Of a stretch of DNA of 36,241 nucleotides, positions 8,392 to 18,834 are shown in pieces. This DNA comes from a virus. Lineage: Duplodnaviria > Caudoviricetes. The notes under the pieces are model-generated. The model was given only the letters and a program-made list of their open reading frames with translations, did not search any database and had not been told where the DNA came from. The stretch covers positions 1 through 36,241 of the IMG/VR virus record IMGVR_UViG_3300042297_000545. The stretch is one strand, 5' to 3'. The position numbers and the translations under genes are program-made. The number at the start of each line of letters is the position of its first letter. The first letter of the stretch is position 1.

Positions 8392-8675
8392 TAGGCGAGG
8401 ATCTCGGCGACCCGCTCGGCCGCGATCAGCCCGAGCGCGGCGTGGTAGCCGACGCCCTGCTGCGTGCGCGGGTCGGTGACGTCGATCGACGTGGCGTCGC
8501 TCAAGGACGACGCCAGCACGCGCAACGTGGCGCGCACCGACTCGTCGGCGTGGGTTGCCATCGCGACCTCGATCGCGATCTGCTCGGCCAGCGTATAGCG
8601 CCAGCGGAACTCGAGCCGCGTCAGGAGGATCGGGTCGGGGAGCACGGCGCCCGTGCCGGGTTCGATGGTCGGCAT
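8391..8675 (-). CDS. Small tail-fibre-associated protein, 94 aa
   Basis: LTRLEFRWRYTLAEQIAI...IDVTDPRTQQGV...LIAAERVAEILA, a pattern typical of genes following tail fibres. Confidence 0.65.
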   Translation of the reverse strand: MPTIEPGTGAVLPDPILLTRLEFRWRYTLAEQIAIEVAMATHADESVRATLRVLASSLSDATSIDVTDPRTQQGVGYHAALGLIAAERVAEILA

Positions 8676-8719
8676 CTAGTAGCCCTCCGTCTCAGAGGTG
8701 GTCGGTTGCGCGGGGGAGG

Positions 8720-9481
8720 TCATAGACGGGCCGTCGCTTCGTCGAGCGTGAGCAGGCCAGGGTAGATCGAGAGGCGCCGGAACCACGAATCGCCGACGGT
8801 TCCGGCGCTGCCGATCCGGTTGAGTCGGACCTTGGAGCCCGAGGGGAACGCGGCGGCACGGGTCAGCGTCGCGGTCCACGCCTCAAACACAAACGCCGCC
8901 TCGCTGAGGCTGATGCCGAACCGCACGCGCTGCGTGGTGCCGTTATCCTCCATCTGCACCAGCAGACGCCACCGAGCATTCGGGACCGCCGACGCCAGCG
9001 TGGAGGTGACCGAACCGGCGCCCGTCGTGAGCGTGAGTTGGTACGTGGTGGCCGTGCCAACAATCGAGAGCGCATTGCCCGTCGCGGCGTCGTTGCCGAG
9101 GTGCAGCACGCCGCCGCCGTTGACGGGCGTGGCGCCCTCCGTGTTGATGCCTTCCAGCAGCACCGTGAGGCTCTGCGGGGCAGCCTCCAGCGGCCACGTG
9201 AGGTCGCCCGAAGGGGTGTAAATCCCGAGAACCTCAGGGTCTGGAGATGGCGCCCAGCCACTGTATATATACCATGCGGGGTAGCCGTCTACCACGGTCG
9301 GGTTGGGTCCGCTTGACGATTGGACCCCGACGTTACTCGCCCGCGTCAGTGTCCCCACCTGCCCCGTGAGTGCGTCCAGCGACGCGAAGCGGGCGTGCCA
9401 ACTAAAGAGCGCCGGCGGGTGCAGGATGGGCGCCCCCGTCCGGCGCACGGCAGGGGATGGGATGGGCTGCGACGCACTCAT
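8720..9481 (-). CDS. Putative tail-tip/receptor-binding protein (LamG/ConA-like), 253 aa
   Basis: ATGA overlap with the distal tail gene; beta-rich; LTRAS motif near the N-terminus. Confidence 0.6.
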   Translation of the reverse strand: MSASQPIPSPAVRRTGAPILHPPALFSWHARFASLDALTGQVGTLTRASNVGVQSSSGPNPTVVDGYPAWYIYSGWAPSPDPEVLGIYTPSGDLTWPLEAAPQSLTVLLEGINTEGATPVNGGGVLHLGNDAATGNALSIVGTATTYQLTLTTGAGSVTSTLASAVPNARWRLLVQMEDNGTTQRVRFGISLSEAAFVFEAWTATLTRAAAFPSGSKVRLNRIGSAGTVGDSWFRRLSIYPGLLTLDEATARL

Positions 9482-10275
9482 GACCACGCTCGCTTGTAGA
9501 GGATGAGGCCCGTCGGCGTGCCGCTCGTGGCCGTGAGATCCATGCCGATGCCGGTGCCGTCGATGGCGCCAGACGGGTCCAAGATCGGGAAGGTGCCACT
9601 GGTCAGCCACGTCATGCCGCTCGCGCCACCGGCCTGCACCACGCCCGCGACATATCGAGTAAGGGTCTGGGCCGCGCTGTCGATCTCGATCCAGTCGTTG
9701 GTGGCCAGCACCCCCGTGAGCGCCAGCCGATGCGTTTCGGCGCCACTCGCATCGCGCACGATGATCGCGGGGTTGACCACCGAGGGACTGGCGCCGTTCA
9801 GCACCACCACCGGCGCGCTCGTGGCGGTGCCAACCGGCAGCGCGGCGCGTGACGTCGAGAGGGCGTAGAGCCGCGGCTCACGGTCTACCCACACCGGATC
9901 GGCGGCGACGAGCGTGAGCGTCACCGAGCAGGCGACCACCGAGAGCGCGCCGTCGTAAAACGTCAGGCCGGTGCCTTGGCACACAACCCCGATCTCCCGG
10001 GTCGGCCGGTCGGCCGTGCGAAACAGCAGCCGACCACGGAGCTGGCGCGCCAGCGCATCGAGCATGGTCTGCCGGTCGAGCAGCGTGGCCGTGGCAATGT
10101 CCACCGTGACCGTGATCGTGCGCGGGGACACCGTGACCGTGCTGCCGACGATGGCTGCGCTGTTCGCCAGCGCGACGAGCTCGCGGGCGGGCGCGTCGGG
10201 CGCCAAGTAGCCGTCCAGACCCGTGATCGCGGTGACGAAGGCACTCAGCGGGCGGTCGTTGATCCAGATACTCAT
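9478..10275 (-). CDS. Siphovirus distal tail protein (Dit)-like
   Basis: PRTITV, LTLVAADPVW and IEIDSAAQT patterns; position in the tail module. Confidence 0.75.
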   Translation of the reverse strand: MSIWINDRPLSAFVTAITGLDGYLAPDAPARELVALANSAAIVGSTVTVSPRTITVTVDIATATLLDRQTMLDALARQLRGRLLFRTADRPTREIGVVCQGTGLTFYDGALSVVACSVTLTLVAADPVWVDREPRLYALSTSRAALPVGTATSAPVVVLNGASPSVVNPAIIVRDASGAETHRLALTGVLATNDWIEIDSAAQTLTRYVAGVVQAGGASGMTWLTSGTFPILDPSGAIDGTGIGMDLTATSGTPTGLILYKRAWS

Positions 10276-13200
10276 GCGGACACCTCGACGTCAGTGAGTC
10301 GCGGCGTGAGTGCCGCGCATTCCATCTCGATCAGCTCCGCCCCCGGCCAGCGCCACGTGAGCGCAACGATGCGCTCGGTCGTGTCGACCTCAAGCGCGGC
10401 GGACCGCAGGCGGACCTGCTGCCCGATCTGCACCGGCGTGCCCGAGGCTGTCAGCGCGGCGGTGTCGATGCCGCGGACCACAAACCGCGCTGCGCGCTTG
10501 CGTTGCGCGAGCACGTCCTGCCCGCGCTGGAAGGCCACGCGGGAGCGCGAGCCGTTCACGTACGAGAGGATCTCGGTCCCGAGGTATAGCGAGGCGTCGG
10601 TACACACGTGCCACGTGCTGAACACGGAGCTGCTGCCCCCGTAGATCCGCACGGCCAGCGCGGCCGTCTCGGTAAGCACCGCGCGGGCCACGCATTCGAT
10701 GACGCCGTATGGGGCGTACGCGGTGACGCCGCCGGTCGGCACCGTGCCGCTCGCGAGGACCGTGTTCGTGGTCAGATTGACGAGCGCCACAATGGGCGCG
10801 CCGCCGACCCCGAGCACGCCAGGCGTGACGCGGAACCGCGCGACGGCGACCATGGGCGTGATCTCCCCGGCGGCGACCGCCACTGTGACGGTCTCCAGTT
10901 GCGTTCCGGGCGTGCTTATCGTCGGCGTGCCGGCGCCGCCTACCGCATACAGGAGGCGCACGGCGCTCCCGGTGGTGCGGTCCGTGTCCCCAAACAGCGC
11001 CGGCCTCACCAGAGACAGCGACGCATTGTCGGCAATGTCTGACGAGGTCGCCGTCTTGAGAGTAATGCTGGCCTGCCCGCTGCTATTGGCCTGCACATCG
11101 GCCCACGCGACCAGCGTGTTGCCGGGGAAGGAAACCGTGCTCTGTCCGGCCCCGCCCTTCACCAGATAGGCGCCCCCCAGCGCGGGGTCCGTCCGCACCG
11201 TGTCGCCGCCGAAGATGTCAATGGACGCCGCAGGGCCGGTGACTGTGGTCGCGCACCGCATGGCCGAGGCGTCCGAGGAGCCGTGCGCGTTCGTCCACAC
11301 GACCGCGCCGCGCGGGACGGTGTAGCCCGCCGGCACCGTGGCGGGCACGGCGGCCACGCCCGTCGACGCGCTGAACGTGGCGGCGCCCGTCACGGGCATC
11401 GTGATGACGCCGCCCCGACGCAGCTCCGACAGCACATCGAGGTACGCGATACTGACCCCGGACAGCTCCCAATACACCCCGGGCGTGCTCGTGTCGACCG
11501 TCGCGGGCGCGGTGAACGTGTAGGCCGCTCCCGTGCGTGACGCGAGCGTGCATTCAAGTCGTTCATCCCCGGTCACCCCTGTGGCGAGGTAGCTGGAGAT
11601 GTTGCTGTCGTACACGTCATACGTAAACGCGCAGCCGATCGACCACGACACCTGCTGCAACTCTGCCACACTGTACAGGTGTACGTTCGAGCCCGTGGTG
11701 CTGACGGTCGCCACCATGCCCGAGCGGCCGGACATCGTCGCCGTGAACGTGACCGACGGTAATCCGGTGTCGACCGTGAGGCTGTCCCCTGAGGCGAAGG
11801 CGCGCGTCGCGATGGCCGCGATCGGCTTGGTCGTGATCGCGGTGGCGCCGGCGAGGTACGCGCCATTCAACTGCACGTCCAGAGGCGCCAGACGCTCCGC
11901 CTCAAGCACGAAGGTGCTGCCAGAGGCCCACGCATTGGTGAGCCCGTAGACGACGGGCGATCCGACCGCCGTCGCCAGCACATCGGGGTGCGTGTGGCTG
12001 GCGTGGGGCGTGATCGTGCCGACGGCGCGAAAGTCGGCCGCCGCGGGATAGCCTGCGAGGCTCAGGACCATCTCGGTGCCGGTCACGCTCGCCACCTGTC
12101 CAATGAGGCGGAACCCACCATTTGGGTACAAATACGGCGCGGCTCCCTCGCTCAACCCGATGGCGGCCCAGTTCGCGCCGGTCGACGCCTCACACACCAT
12201 CCACTGCCCGACGCTCGGCGTCCCACTGCTCACGAGCGAGCCCAAGGTCAGCGTGAGCGACTGCGCGCCGGTGGCCACGATTGCTGTGACTGAGCGCGTG
12301 TACGCGACCGATTCGACGAGCGGGTCGTTGGTCGTCTGGAAGGCCGTGACGGCGACGCGGCTGCTGTCGCCAGCGGCAGGGTACAGGTTGAACGCATACC
12401 CATTCGGGCCGCCGTACTGCGCGCCGCCGGTGGGCTCCGTCATGCCACGGCCGCCCAGCATCAACCGCAGGTCGGCGGTGCCGACACTGGCGGTGGTGAG
12501 GTAAACGAGACCGCCGAGCCGCGGCATCGCGATAGCGCTGACGGCATTCGCAAGAAAGCGCCGCGACAGGCGGACCGTCTGCCCGTCTGCCGTGGCCGCC
12601 GGGACGCCAGGCGACGCCAGCGTGAGCGAGAGCGTGCCCGTGGACGACGTGTGCACCGAGGCCGTCAGCTCGCGCGTGGCCGCCGCATGCTCGATGACAT
12701 CGCCGCGGCGGATCCACGTGCCCGCGGGCAATCCGTCGACGGGCATCAGCGTGGCTACCGAGGTGCCCGACGCCCGCGCGCCGTTCGACAAGAAGGCCCG
12801 CGACACACCGAACTCCGCACGCGGGATGGCGACGCGCAGGTTCGACCCGTTGACCTCAGACGTGTAGGTGCCGCCGTCCTCGAACCCGGCATTCCGGTTG
12901 ATCGTGCGCTCGTACCGGGCGCCCTTGGCCGTGACTTTGGCCACGACCATGCCCCGCGCGGCGGCGAGGGCACTCGGGGACGAGATCAGTGAGATGGGAC
13001 GCCCGGCGATCGTCTCGGCGAGAAAGACGCGCTGGCCGGTCGTGTAGGTGCCCAGCGAGGCCACGCGCACGGCGCTGTCGGCGGCGCGTGTAGCGGCAAT
13101 GGCGAGCGACGACCCATCGGCCAGCCGCAGGTACAGACCGGCAAACTGTTGGTCCTCGCGCACCGGCGCCGGCCCGCCGTTTGGATCGGTCAGGGGAATC

Positions 13201-13967
13201 CAGTACGGGCCCGCTCCGATGGCCGCGCCACCAATCCAGTCGACGTCGCCCATCGGGCGCCCATCCGTCCCGATCGGCATCACCCCCGTGGCCGTGGTCG
13301 TGAGATCTCGCGTGCGCGTGATGCTGGTCGCCACAGGCGACTCCATCAACAGCGTGGGGAGCGCCGCGCCACGCTGGTCGAGCACGTCAATGGCGTAGCC
13401 GGTATCGTCCGGCAGTCGGCGCAGGGCCACCTCGTAGCCGGTAATGCGCTCAATCAGCGTGAGCAGTTCGCCGCGCCGGATCGAGGACAGCGTGCCCACG
13501 GTGACGCGATCGGTGTACTCGATCGTCCCCAGCGAGAGCCACGACAGGCCGTCGGCGTCGAGGTTGGTCAGCACGTAGCGCGTCAGCAACTCCGTCACCG
13601 TCAGAGCCGCCGGCGTGAACTGGGTCGTCACGCTTGAGGTCGTGGTTTCCCGCACCAGACCGCGCAGGGCGAGCAAATGCTTCAGCGGGGCGCAGGTCAC
13701 CGAGACCGCGGCCGTGGGGTCGCTATCGCGCACCGTCGCCACCACCCACTCGACGACGCCACGGAGCGGGACGATCGCCCGAATGATCCGGCCTTCGGCG
13801 ATGCCGGCGGCGCGCGCCACGTCCGCGGGCATCGTGAGAACGGCCGAATCCGAGCCCGAGATGGTCTCCGTGATCTGCGCCGCGGTCACGGCCGGCAGGG
13901 CGGCGATGGGCTGCGCGTCCACCTGACACTTGGGCGCCGACCAGACCTGCAACAGAGGGGCGCTCAA
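10272..13967 (-). CDS. Tail tip/baseplate hub (Tal-like) protein with a long multidomain insertion, 1231 aa
   Basis: Follows the tape measure gene; hub-like N-terminus and C-terminal VQIGQQVRLRSAALEVDTTERIVAL. Confidence 0.7.
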   Translation of the reverse strand: MSAPLLQVWSAPKCQVDAQPIAALPAVTAAQITETISGSDSAVLTMPADVARAAGIAEGRIIRAIVPLRGVVEWVVATVRDSDPTAAVSVTCAPLKHLLALRGLVRETTTSSVTTQFTPAALTVTELLTRYVLTNLDADGLSWLSLGTIEYTDRVTVGTLSSIRRGELLTLIERITGYEVALRRLPDDTGYAIDVLDQRGAALPTLLMESPVATSITRTRDLTTTATGVMPIGTDGRPMGDVDWIGGAAIGAGPYWIPLTDPNGGPAPVREDQQFAGLYLRLADGSSLAIAATRAADSAVRVASLGTYTTGQRVFLAETIAGRPISLISSPSALAAARGMVVAKVTAKGARYERTINRNAGFEDGGTYTSEVNGSNLRVAIPRAEFGVSRAFLSNGARASGTSVATLMPVDGLPAGTWIRRGDVIEHAAATRELTASVHTSSTGTLSLTLASPGVPAATADGQTVRLSRRFLANAVSAIAMPRLGGLVYLTTASVGTADLRLMLGGRGMTEPTGGAQYGGPNGYAFNLYPAAGDSSRVAVTAFQTTNDPLVESVAYTRSVTAIVATGAQSLTLTLGSLVSSGTPSVGQWMVCEASTGANWAAIGLSEGAAPYLYPNGGFRLIGQVASVTGTEMVLSLAGYPAAADFRAVGTITPHASHTHPDVLATAVGSPVVYGLTNAWASGSTFVLEAERLAPLDVQLNGAYLAGATAITTKPIAAIATRAFASGDSLTVDTGLPSVTFTATMSGRSGMVATVSTTGSNVHLYSVAELQQVSWSIGCAFTYDVYDSNISSYLATGVTGDERLECTLASRTGAAYTFTAPATVDTSTPGVYWELSGVSIAYLDVLSELRRGGVITMPVTGAATFSASTGVAAVPATVPAGYTVPRGAVVWTNAHGSSDASAMRCATTVTGPAASIDIFGGDTVRTDPALGGAYLVKGGAGQSTVSFPGNTLVAWADVQANSSGQASITLKTATSSDIADNASLSLVRPALFGDTDRTTGSAVRLLYAVGGAGTPTISTPGTQLETVTVAVAAGEITPMVAVARFRVTPGVLGVGGAPIVALVNLTTNTVLASGTVPTGGVTAYAPYGVIECVARAVLTETAALAVRIYGGSSSVFSTWHVCTDASLYLGTEILSYVNGSRSRVAFQRGQDVLAQRKRAARFVVRGIDTAALTASGTPVQIGQQVRLRSAALEVDTTERIVALTWRWPGAELIEMECAALTPRLTDVEVSA

Positions 13968-16489
13968 AACGACGGCCCCGCACCGCCGGACAGCGCGGCG
14001 ATGGCTTGCTTCTTCGCGAGCTGCTCGTCAATCATGTTTTCGAGGCCCCCGTTGATGAGCGACCGCGTGTTGGTGGCGATCTCGGTCAGGATGCCCGTCT
14101 GCGCTTTCGCTTCGGCGAGATGGTCCGTGGCGATGCTGAGATGCTTGACGTGATACGTGCCGAGCGCCGTGGTCTGCGCGACGACGCCATCGAGCACGTC
14201 GGAGAGCGTCTTGGTGGGGACGACGACGCCACCGCTGACGATCGAGCTCGAGCCGCCACCGACCGCGGTGCCGCCAGGCGCGGGGGCGCTCGATCCGCTC
14301 GGCGCGCCCTCCCCAAGGCCGCGGATGATCTCGGAGATAATGTCCTTGAGCGTGCCGCCCGAAATCTTGCCGAGCAACGACGCGGAGACGCCGCCCTCGT
14401 TAAGCGAGGAGAAAAGGCTCAGGAGTGACGACTTTGCTTTCGCAGGGTCCGAGAAGTCCACACCAGCCAGCGCGCCGACGCCGCCCTTTGTAATCAAAAA
14501 TTCTACGAGCCTCTGGAACTTGTCGGGGCCGCTCTCGCCGCTGAGGTCTTGGGACTCGCGGAAGAACGCGAGCTGGTCGGCGAAGTTGGTGCCGACCTTG
14601 CCGATCTTGGTGACCCCGAGGGCTCGGAAGAACGCCCCCATATCCGTGACGCGCTCCGACGCCCCCGACCCTACGGTTCCAACGCCCAGCTCCTTCGCCA
14701 TCTTCACAAGAGCGGCCGGCGAAAGCCCCGCCGCCGTGAACCGCTCTTGGAGAGCGCTATACTCCGGAACGGTCAGCAACTCCCCACGGGCGAGCTTGTC
14801 GGCTACGGGACCAAAGGCATTAAGCGCCGAAGTAAACTGGTCGCCGGTAATGTCCAGCTTGAGGCCGCCGATCTCCTGCGTCAGTCGCTTGAGGTTCGTG
14901 TTGTTCTCTCGGGTGAGCTGACGCCGTTCGGCGTCGTTGTTCATCATCGTACCGACGATGCTCGCGATCGCGCCGACCATGCCCGTGACGCCAGCAAAGC
15001 TCAAGCCGTTTTTTGCCAGATCGCCCATCGACGTGCCAATGCTCTTGACGCTGGTCAGCACCTGCTTGGCATCGTCATCCAACCCGCCAAAGTTTTCGCC
15101 GACCGTCAGCACTGCACCAGCGGCGTCCCCGAGCTTACTGGCCATGTCACCGACCGACGTCTCGGACTTTTTAATCAGCGCCGGAAGCGGTTCGGCGCCG
15201 TCCTTGATCGCCTTGAACGCTGCGTCGGCCGCGACCTTCGACGCTTCCAGTGCGCGGTTCTGGCCCTCGATGTGCTGCGTCTGCATTGCCGCTTGCAGAG
15301 CCGGCTGCAGCCTCGGGAGCAGCTTGAGATACGCATCGTACGCATCGTTGACGCGCTTGAGGCCCGCCTCGTAGTCTTTGAGGTATTGCTTCCACGCCGC
15401 GTCCTGCTTCTTGAGCTCCTCTTCGGTCAGCTTCGTGTTTGCTGTGAGCTTGGCGCCAGCTTTCGTCGTCGCGGTTCCCGTCGCGTCGATGCCTTGCTCC
15501 ATTTTTTTGAGCTGGTCGATAAACGCGGGGAACGCTTGCGTCTGCTTTGCCCCCCACTCCTCGAGATCTTTGTTGCCGGTCAGCTTGCCCAGCCCTTCGA
15601 CGAGCCCACCGACCACGCCGCGGGCGATCTGGAAGGAGCCGACAAGCAGGACCCCCACGGCGTTGACCACGCGCCCGACGGCCAGCCCAACGCGGCCGAG
15701 TATGTCGACCAAGACGGTGAGCCCCTGCACGGTAAACACGCGCAGAGGTTGGATCGCGGCGCCAAAGGCGACCTTGGCTTCGTCTACGCGGTTGTTCAAC
15801 CTCTCCTGCTGACCAGCGCCGGATTCCAGCCGTTCCGCATAGCCGCCTGCGACGACGCTGCCGGCGTTCATGATTTCGGTCATGACCGCCAACGCCTTCG
15901 TCGTGTCGTCCATCTGGTCCTTCGCCAATCCGTTGGCGACGCGGTATTTCTCCCAGATCACGCTCGGGTTGGACAGTCCAAGTCTGTTGAGAAATTCATC
16001 ATTGCCAGCGAGTGCGCTCGTCAGCCCCTCTGCGACTTGCGTGGCGTTTAGACCAGAGGCGGCGCCCAGCTCCAAGGCTGACGCCATCAGGCCGCTGGCC
16101 TTGCTCGTTGCGCCCGCCGCGGTCGTGAATCGGGCCACCGACGACGTGAGCTCGACCGCACTCACCGCAGACAGCCCAAACTCCTCGCGCGCGGTCTTTG
16201 CGACGCGCTTAAGCTCGTCTAGGCTGACGCCCGTGAGCTTGGACGTGGCAGTGAGTTTCACCTGCGCGGCCGAGTAGCTGTCGTACGCGCTAATGGAGTC
16301 CATGACGAAGTCGCCAACCTCGCCCACGACCTTGGAAATCACGGCAAACGCGGCCGTCAACAGTCCTGTGATCTTGGCCCAGCCGGGGATCTTGGCCATG
16401 AACCCGGCCAACGACCCACTGGCCTTGTTGGCAACATCACTGACCATCTCTTGGCCGTCGATGACGACCTTGATCGTTTTCTCAGCCAT
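13964..16489 (-). CDS. Tail tape measure protein, 841 aa
   Basis: Long helical Ala/Gly/Leu-rich ORF following the tail tube and chaperone genes. Confidence 0.9.
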   Translation of the reverse strand: MAEKTIKVVIDGQEMVSDVANKASGSLAGFMAKIPGWAKITGLLTAAFAVISKVVGEVGDFVMDSISAYDSYSAAQVKLTATSKLTGVSLDELKRVAKTAREEFGLSAVSAVELTSSVARFTTAAGATSKASGLMASALELGAASGLNATQVAEGLTSALAGNDEFLNRLGLSNPSVIWEKYRVANGLAKDQMDDTTKALAVMTEIMNAGSVVAGGYAERLESGAGQQERLNNRVDEAKVAFGAAIQPLRVFTVQGLTVLVDILGRVGLAVGRVVNAVGVLLVGSFQIARGVVGGLVEGLGKLTGNKDLEEWGAKQTQAFPAFIDQLKKMEQGIDATGTATTKAGAKLTANTKLTEEELKKQDAAWKQYLKDYEAGLKRVNDAYDAYLKLLPRLQPALQAAMQTQHIEGQNRALEASKVAADAAFKAIKDGAEPLPALIKKSETSVGDMASKLGDAAGAVLTVGENFGGLDDDAKQVLTSVKSIGTSMGDLAKNGLSFAGVTGMVGAIASIVGTMMNNDAERRQLTRENNTNLKRLTQEIGGLKLDITGDQFTSALNAFGPVADKLARGELLTVPEYSALQERFTAAGLSPAALVKMAKELGVGTVGSGASERVTDMGAFFRALGVTKIGKVGTNFADQLAFFRESQDLSGESGPDKFQRLVEFLITKGGVGALAGVDFSDPAKAKSSLLSLFSSLNEGGVSASLLGKISGGTLKDIISEIIRGLGEGAPSGSSAPAPGGTAVGGGSSSIVSGGVVVPTKTLSDVLDGVVAQTTALGTYHVKHLSIATDHLAEAKAQTGILTEIATNTRSLINGGLENMIDEQLAKKQAIAALSGGAGPSF

Positions 16490-17127
16490 TACGCCGCGCC
16501 TCGCATCGTGGGGTCGGGGGGGTACGCAGCTTTTTGCAGCGCCCGGTAAGCGCGGTCCACGCCCTTATCGGTGCTGGCGGCGAGCCGTGCGGCGGACGCG
16601 GCGGACAGTTGCGCGCCCGCATCGAGCGCCATCAGGCCGCCGTAGGTTGTCCAGACCGCCGCCATCGGCGCGTAGCCGTCCGCGGTCGGCCAGCGGTCGG
16701 GGGCGAAGTACCACGCGGCGCCGAGGCGCACCTCGCACGTCAGCGCGGCCAAGGCGAGCGACGGCCCCGTGCGGTGCTCGTCGGGGTGCGCCAGCTTGCG
16801 ATGCGCGGCGATCAATGCCGCTTCGGGGTCGAGCGAGGGGTCGACGTCGTGCCCTGGCACCGCGAGGATGCGGTCGAGGACGTGCGCGAGGATGCCGAGC
16901 GGCAGGCGGCGCGCCATCCGCACGGGATCACGGAACCACCGACGCGGGCCGAAGGCGGCCCGTAGCAGGTCGGTCAGCGCGGCGTCGGCCGTGTCGGCCA
17001 CCCGCATCGCCGGTAAGAGACGGAGCAAGAGCGCCGCCGACACCGGCTGCACCCAATACGTGCGGCCAGATACCGCAAGCGGCCACGGGGCCGTAGACGC
17101 CGTGACCGCTTTTGCCGTGAAGGCCAC
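16489..17127 (-). CDS. Tail assembly chaperone, 212 aa
   Basis: Position between the tail tube and tape measure genes. Confidence 0.6.
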   Translation of the reverse strand: MAFTAKAVTASTAPWPLAVSGRTYWVQPVSAALLLRLLPAMRVADTADAALTDLLRAAFGPRRWFRDPVRMARRLPLGILAHVLDRILAVPGHDVDPSLDPEAALIAAHRKLAHPDEHRTGPSLALAALTCEVRLGAAWYFAPDRWPTADGYAPMAAVWTTYGGLMALDAGAQLSAASAARLAASTDKGVDRAYRALQKAAYPPDPTMRGAA

Positions 17128-17128
17128 G

Positions 17129-18133
17129 TCAGTCGAACAGCACAGTGACCGCGTTGCTGCCCGTGCCGCGGAACGTCAGCTCGTACATGGCGATCGCATC
17201 GTCGGCGGCCGGCTGGGCGTTGACCAGCTGCGCGTTGTTAAGCGTCACCGTGAAGCGGTTGAAGCTCGAGGTGCCGAAGCGCGCCGACACCGTGATCGCC
17301 GTCGCGGCTTCGCGCAGCGCATCCGGCGCAATGCCGCCCGTCGTGTGGAACGGAGACGCCACGAGCGCCGTCTGCTCGACCATCAGCGTCAGCTCGGGCT
17401 GCATGAAGCCCGGCACGAAGCCGAGATGGCCACCGGCGTCCGTAATGCGGGCGCGGGCGTTGCCGAGGTTGCGGTTCAGCTTGAAGCTGCCGCCCTTGAC
17501 GATCGGCGCGACCCACGAGCCGATGCTGATTACCGAGCCCGCCGCGACGGGCGGAATCACCGACGTGTAGTCGTACGTAATCGTCGGCAGCGACAGCGTC
17601 GTCGGCAGGCCGCCGATGCCCTGCAGCGCAAAGCTGTGGGTCGGCACGCCCAAGTCGTTGAAGTCGAACGACCAGTCGGCCAGCGCGCCCGCCATCACGT
17701 GCGCCTTGCCCTGGGCGTAGTGCCCGAACGTCAGCGATTTGTAGGTGGTGCCCGCAGCCGTCGGCGCGTACGTGTGCGTCGCCGTCCCGAACGTGCGGTC
17801 GAAGCCCGCCGCCTGCAGCATCAGATCCACTTCACGCGGCGGCATGACCAGCGCGGTGTACGTGGCGCCGGCGCCCTTGAAGAGCACGGGGAACTCGGCC
17901 TTGCGACCGCGACCGTTGGGCGCGACCGACTTGACGGGGAACAGCGTCGCGATGTCGCGGCCGATGTTGCCGTCGAACAGGTACTCGAGCGCCGTCGGGG
18001 CCGGCGGCAGGCCGTCGCCGAGGTACGGAAATACGCCGTCGGCGGTATTCGTGAGCGTTTCGGCGGTGCCGTACACGGCCTCCACCTTCGCCATGAACCC
18101 GGCGACTTGATTGAGCAGGGCGGGAACGGGCAT
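17129..18133 (-). CDS. Major tail tube protein, 334 aa
   Basis: AKVEAVYGT N-terminal motif; strong AGGAG RBS; gene order. Confidence 0.85.
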   Translation of the reverse strand: MPVPALLNQVAGFMAKVEAVYGTAETLTNTADGVFPYLGDGLPPAPTALEYLFDGNIGRDIATLFPVKSVAPNGRGRKAEFPVLFKGAGATYTALVMPPREVDLMLQAAGFDRTFGTATHTYAPTAAGTTYKSLTFGHYAQGKAHVMAGALADWSFDFNDLGVPTHSFALQGIGGLPTTLSLPTITYDYTSVIPPVAAGSVISIGSWVAPIVKGGSFKLNRNLGNARARITDAGGHLGFVPGFMQPELTLMVEQTALVASPFHTTGGIAPDALREAATAITVSARFGTSSFNRFTVTLNNAQLVNAQPAADDAIAMYELTFRGTGSNAVTVLFD

Positions 18134-18148
18134 CGTCGAGACTCCTAA

Positions 18149-18316
18149 TCAGAGAGGGGAAGACGGCCAATCGGCAGCGACCACGTCACCCGTGGCCCAT
18201 GCCGCATCGCTCGTCACGTAGTCCTGCACGGCGTCCTCATCGGTCGCGATGCCCATGGGCACCGGGATGCGGCGCGTCTCGCCGTCGACCGTGAGCAAAA
18301 CCCAGAAGTCGATCAT
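18149..18316 (-). CDS. Small hypothetical protein, 55 aa (not in the ORF track)
   Basis: Manual translation MIDFWVLLTVDGETRRIPVPMGIATDEDAVQDYV...SSPL; ATGA overlap. Confidence 0.6.
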   Translation of the reverse strand: MIDFWVLLTVDGETRRIPVPMGIATDEDAVQDYVTSDAAWATGDVVAADWPSSPL

Positions 18317-18834
18317 GAGCCTTCCATTGTCCGCAGATCGCGGCCGTGTACGGTGAACCGCATCACGAGCACGAGGGCCACGTCCTCGATCGGCGCCTTG
18401 TGTTCGTCCACGGTGTAGTTGGTCACGTGAAACAGCTGCGCCCGATTGCGGAGCTTAAGCGCGTCGGACTGCTGTGGCAGGATCGAGAGGATGCGGCGAA
18501 TCGCCCGCTCGGTCTGCCGGGCTTCGTTGAGGCTGCGCGTGGTCAGCGAGGATCGCACGCTATACCGGATCACCATCTCAACCTCCGTCTTCCGCGACGG
18601 GGTGACCGTGATGTCCGTCTCGCGCAACGCCGTGGCCGCGACTTGCAGGCACGGGTCCGGCGCGTCGGGGATTTGGTCGAGCGCGGTCTGCGTGTCGGAC
18701 GACTCGTCGAGGATCGTCGGCGCCGGTGGCACCGGATCACCGGCCTCGCGCGGGATCGTCGCCAACTGCACGGCCACCCCGATCGTGGCGTCGCGCAGCG
18801 CCGCCGCGACGATCCGCACCATTTCGTGGATCAT
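18313..18834 (-). CDS. Putative tail terminator/completion protein, 173 aa
   Basis: Size and position between the head closure and tail tube genes. Confidence 0.6.
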   Translation of the reverse strand: MIHEMVRIVAAALRDATIGVAVQLATIPREAGDPVPPAPTILDESSDTQTALDQIPDAPDPCLQVAATALRETDITVTPSRKTEVEMVIRYSVRSSLTTRSLNEARQTERAIRRILSILPQQSDALKLRNRAQLFHVTNYTVDEHKAPIEDVALVLVMRFTVHGRDLRTMEGS

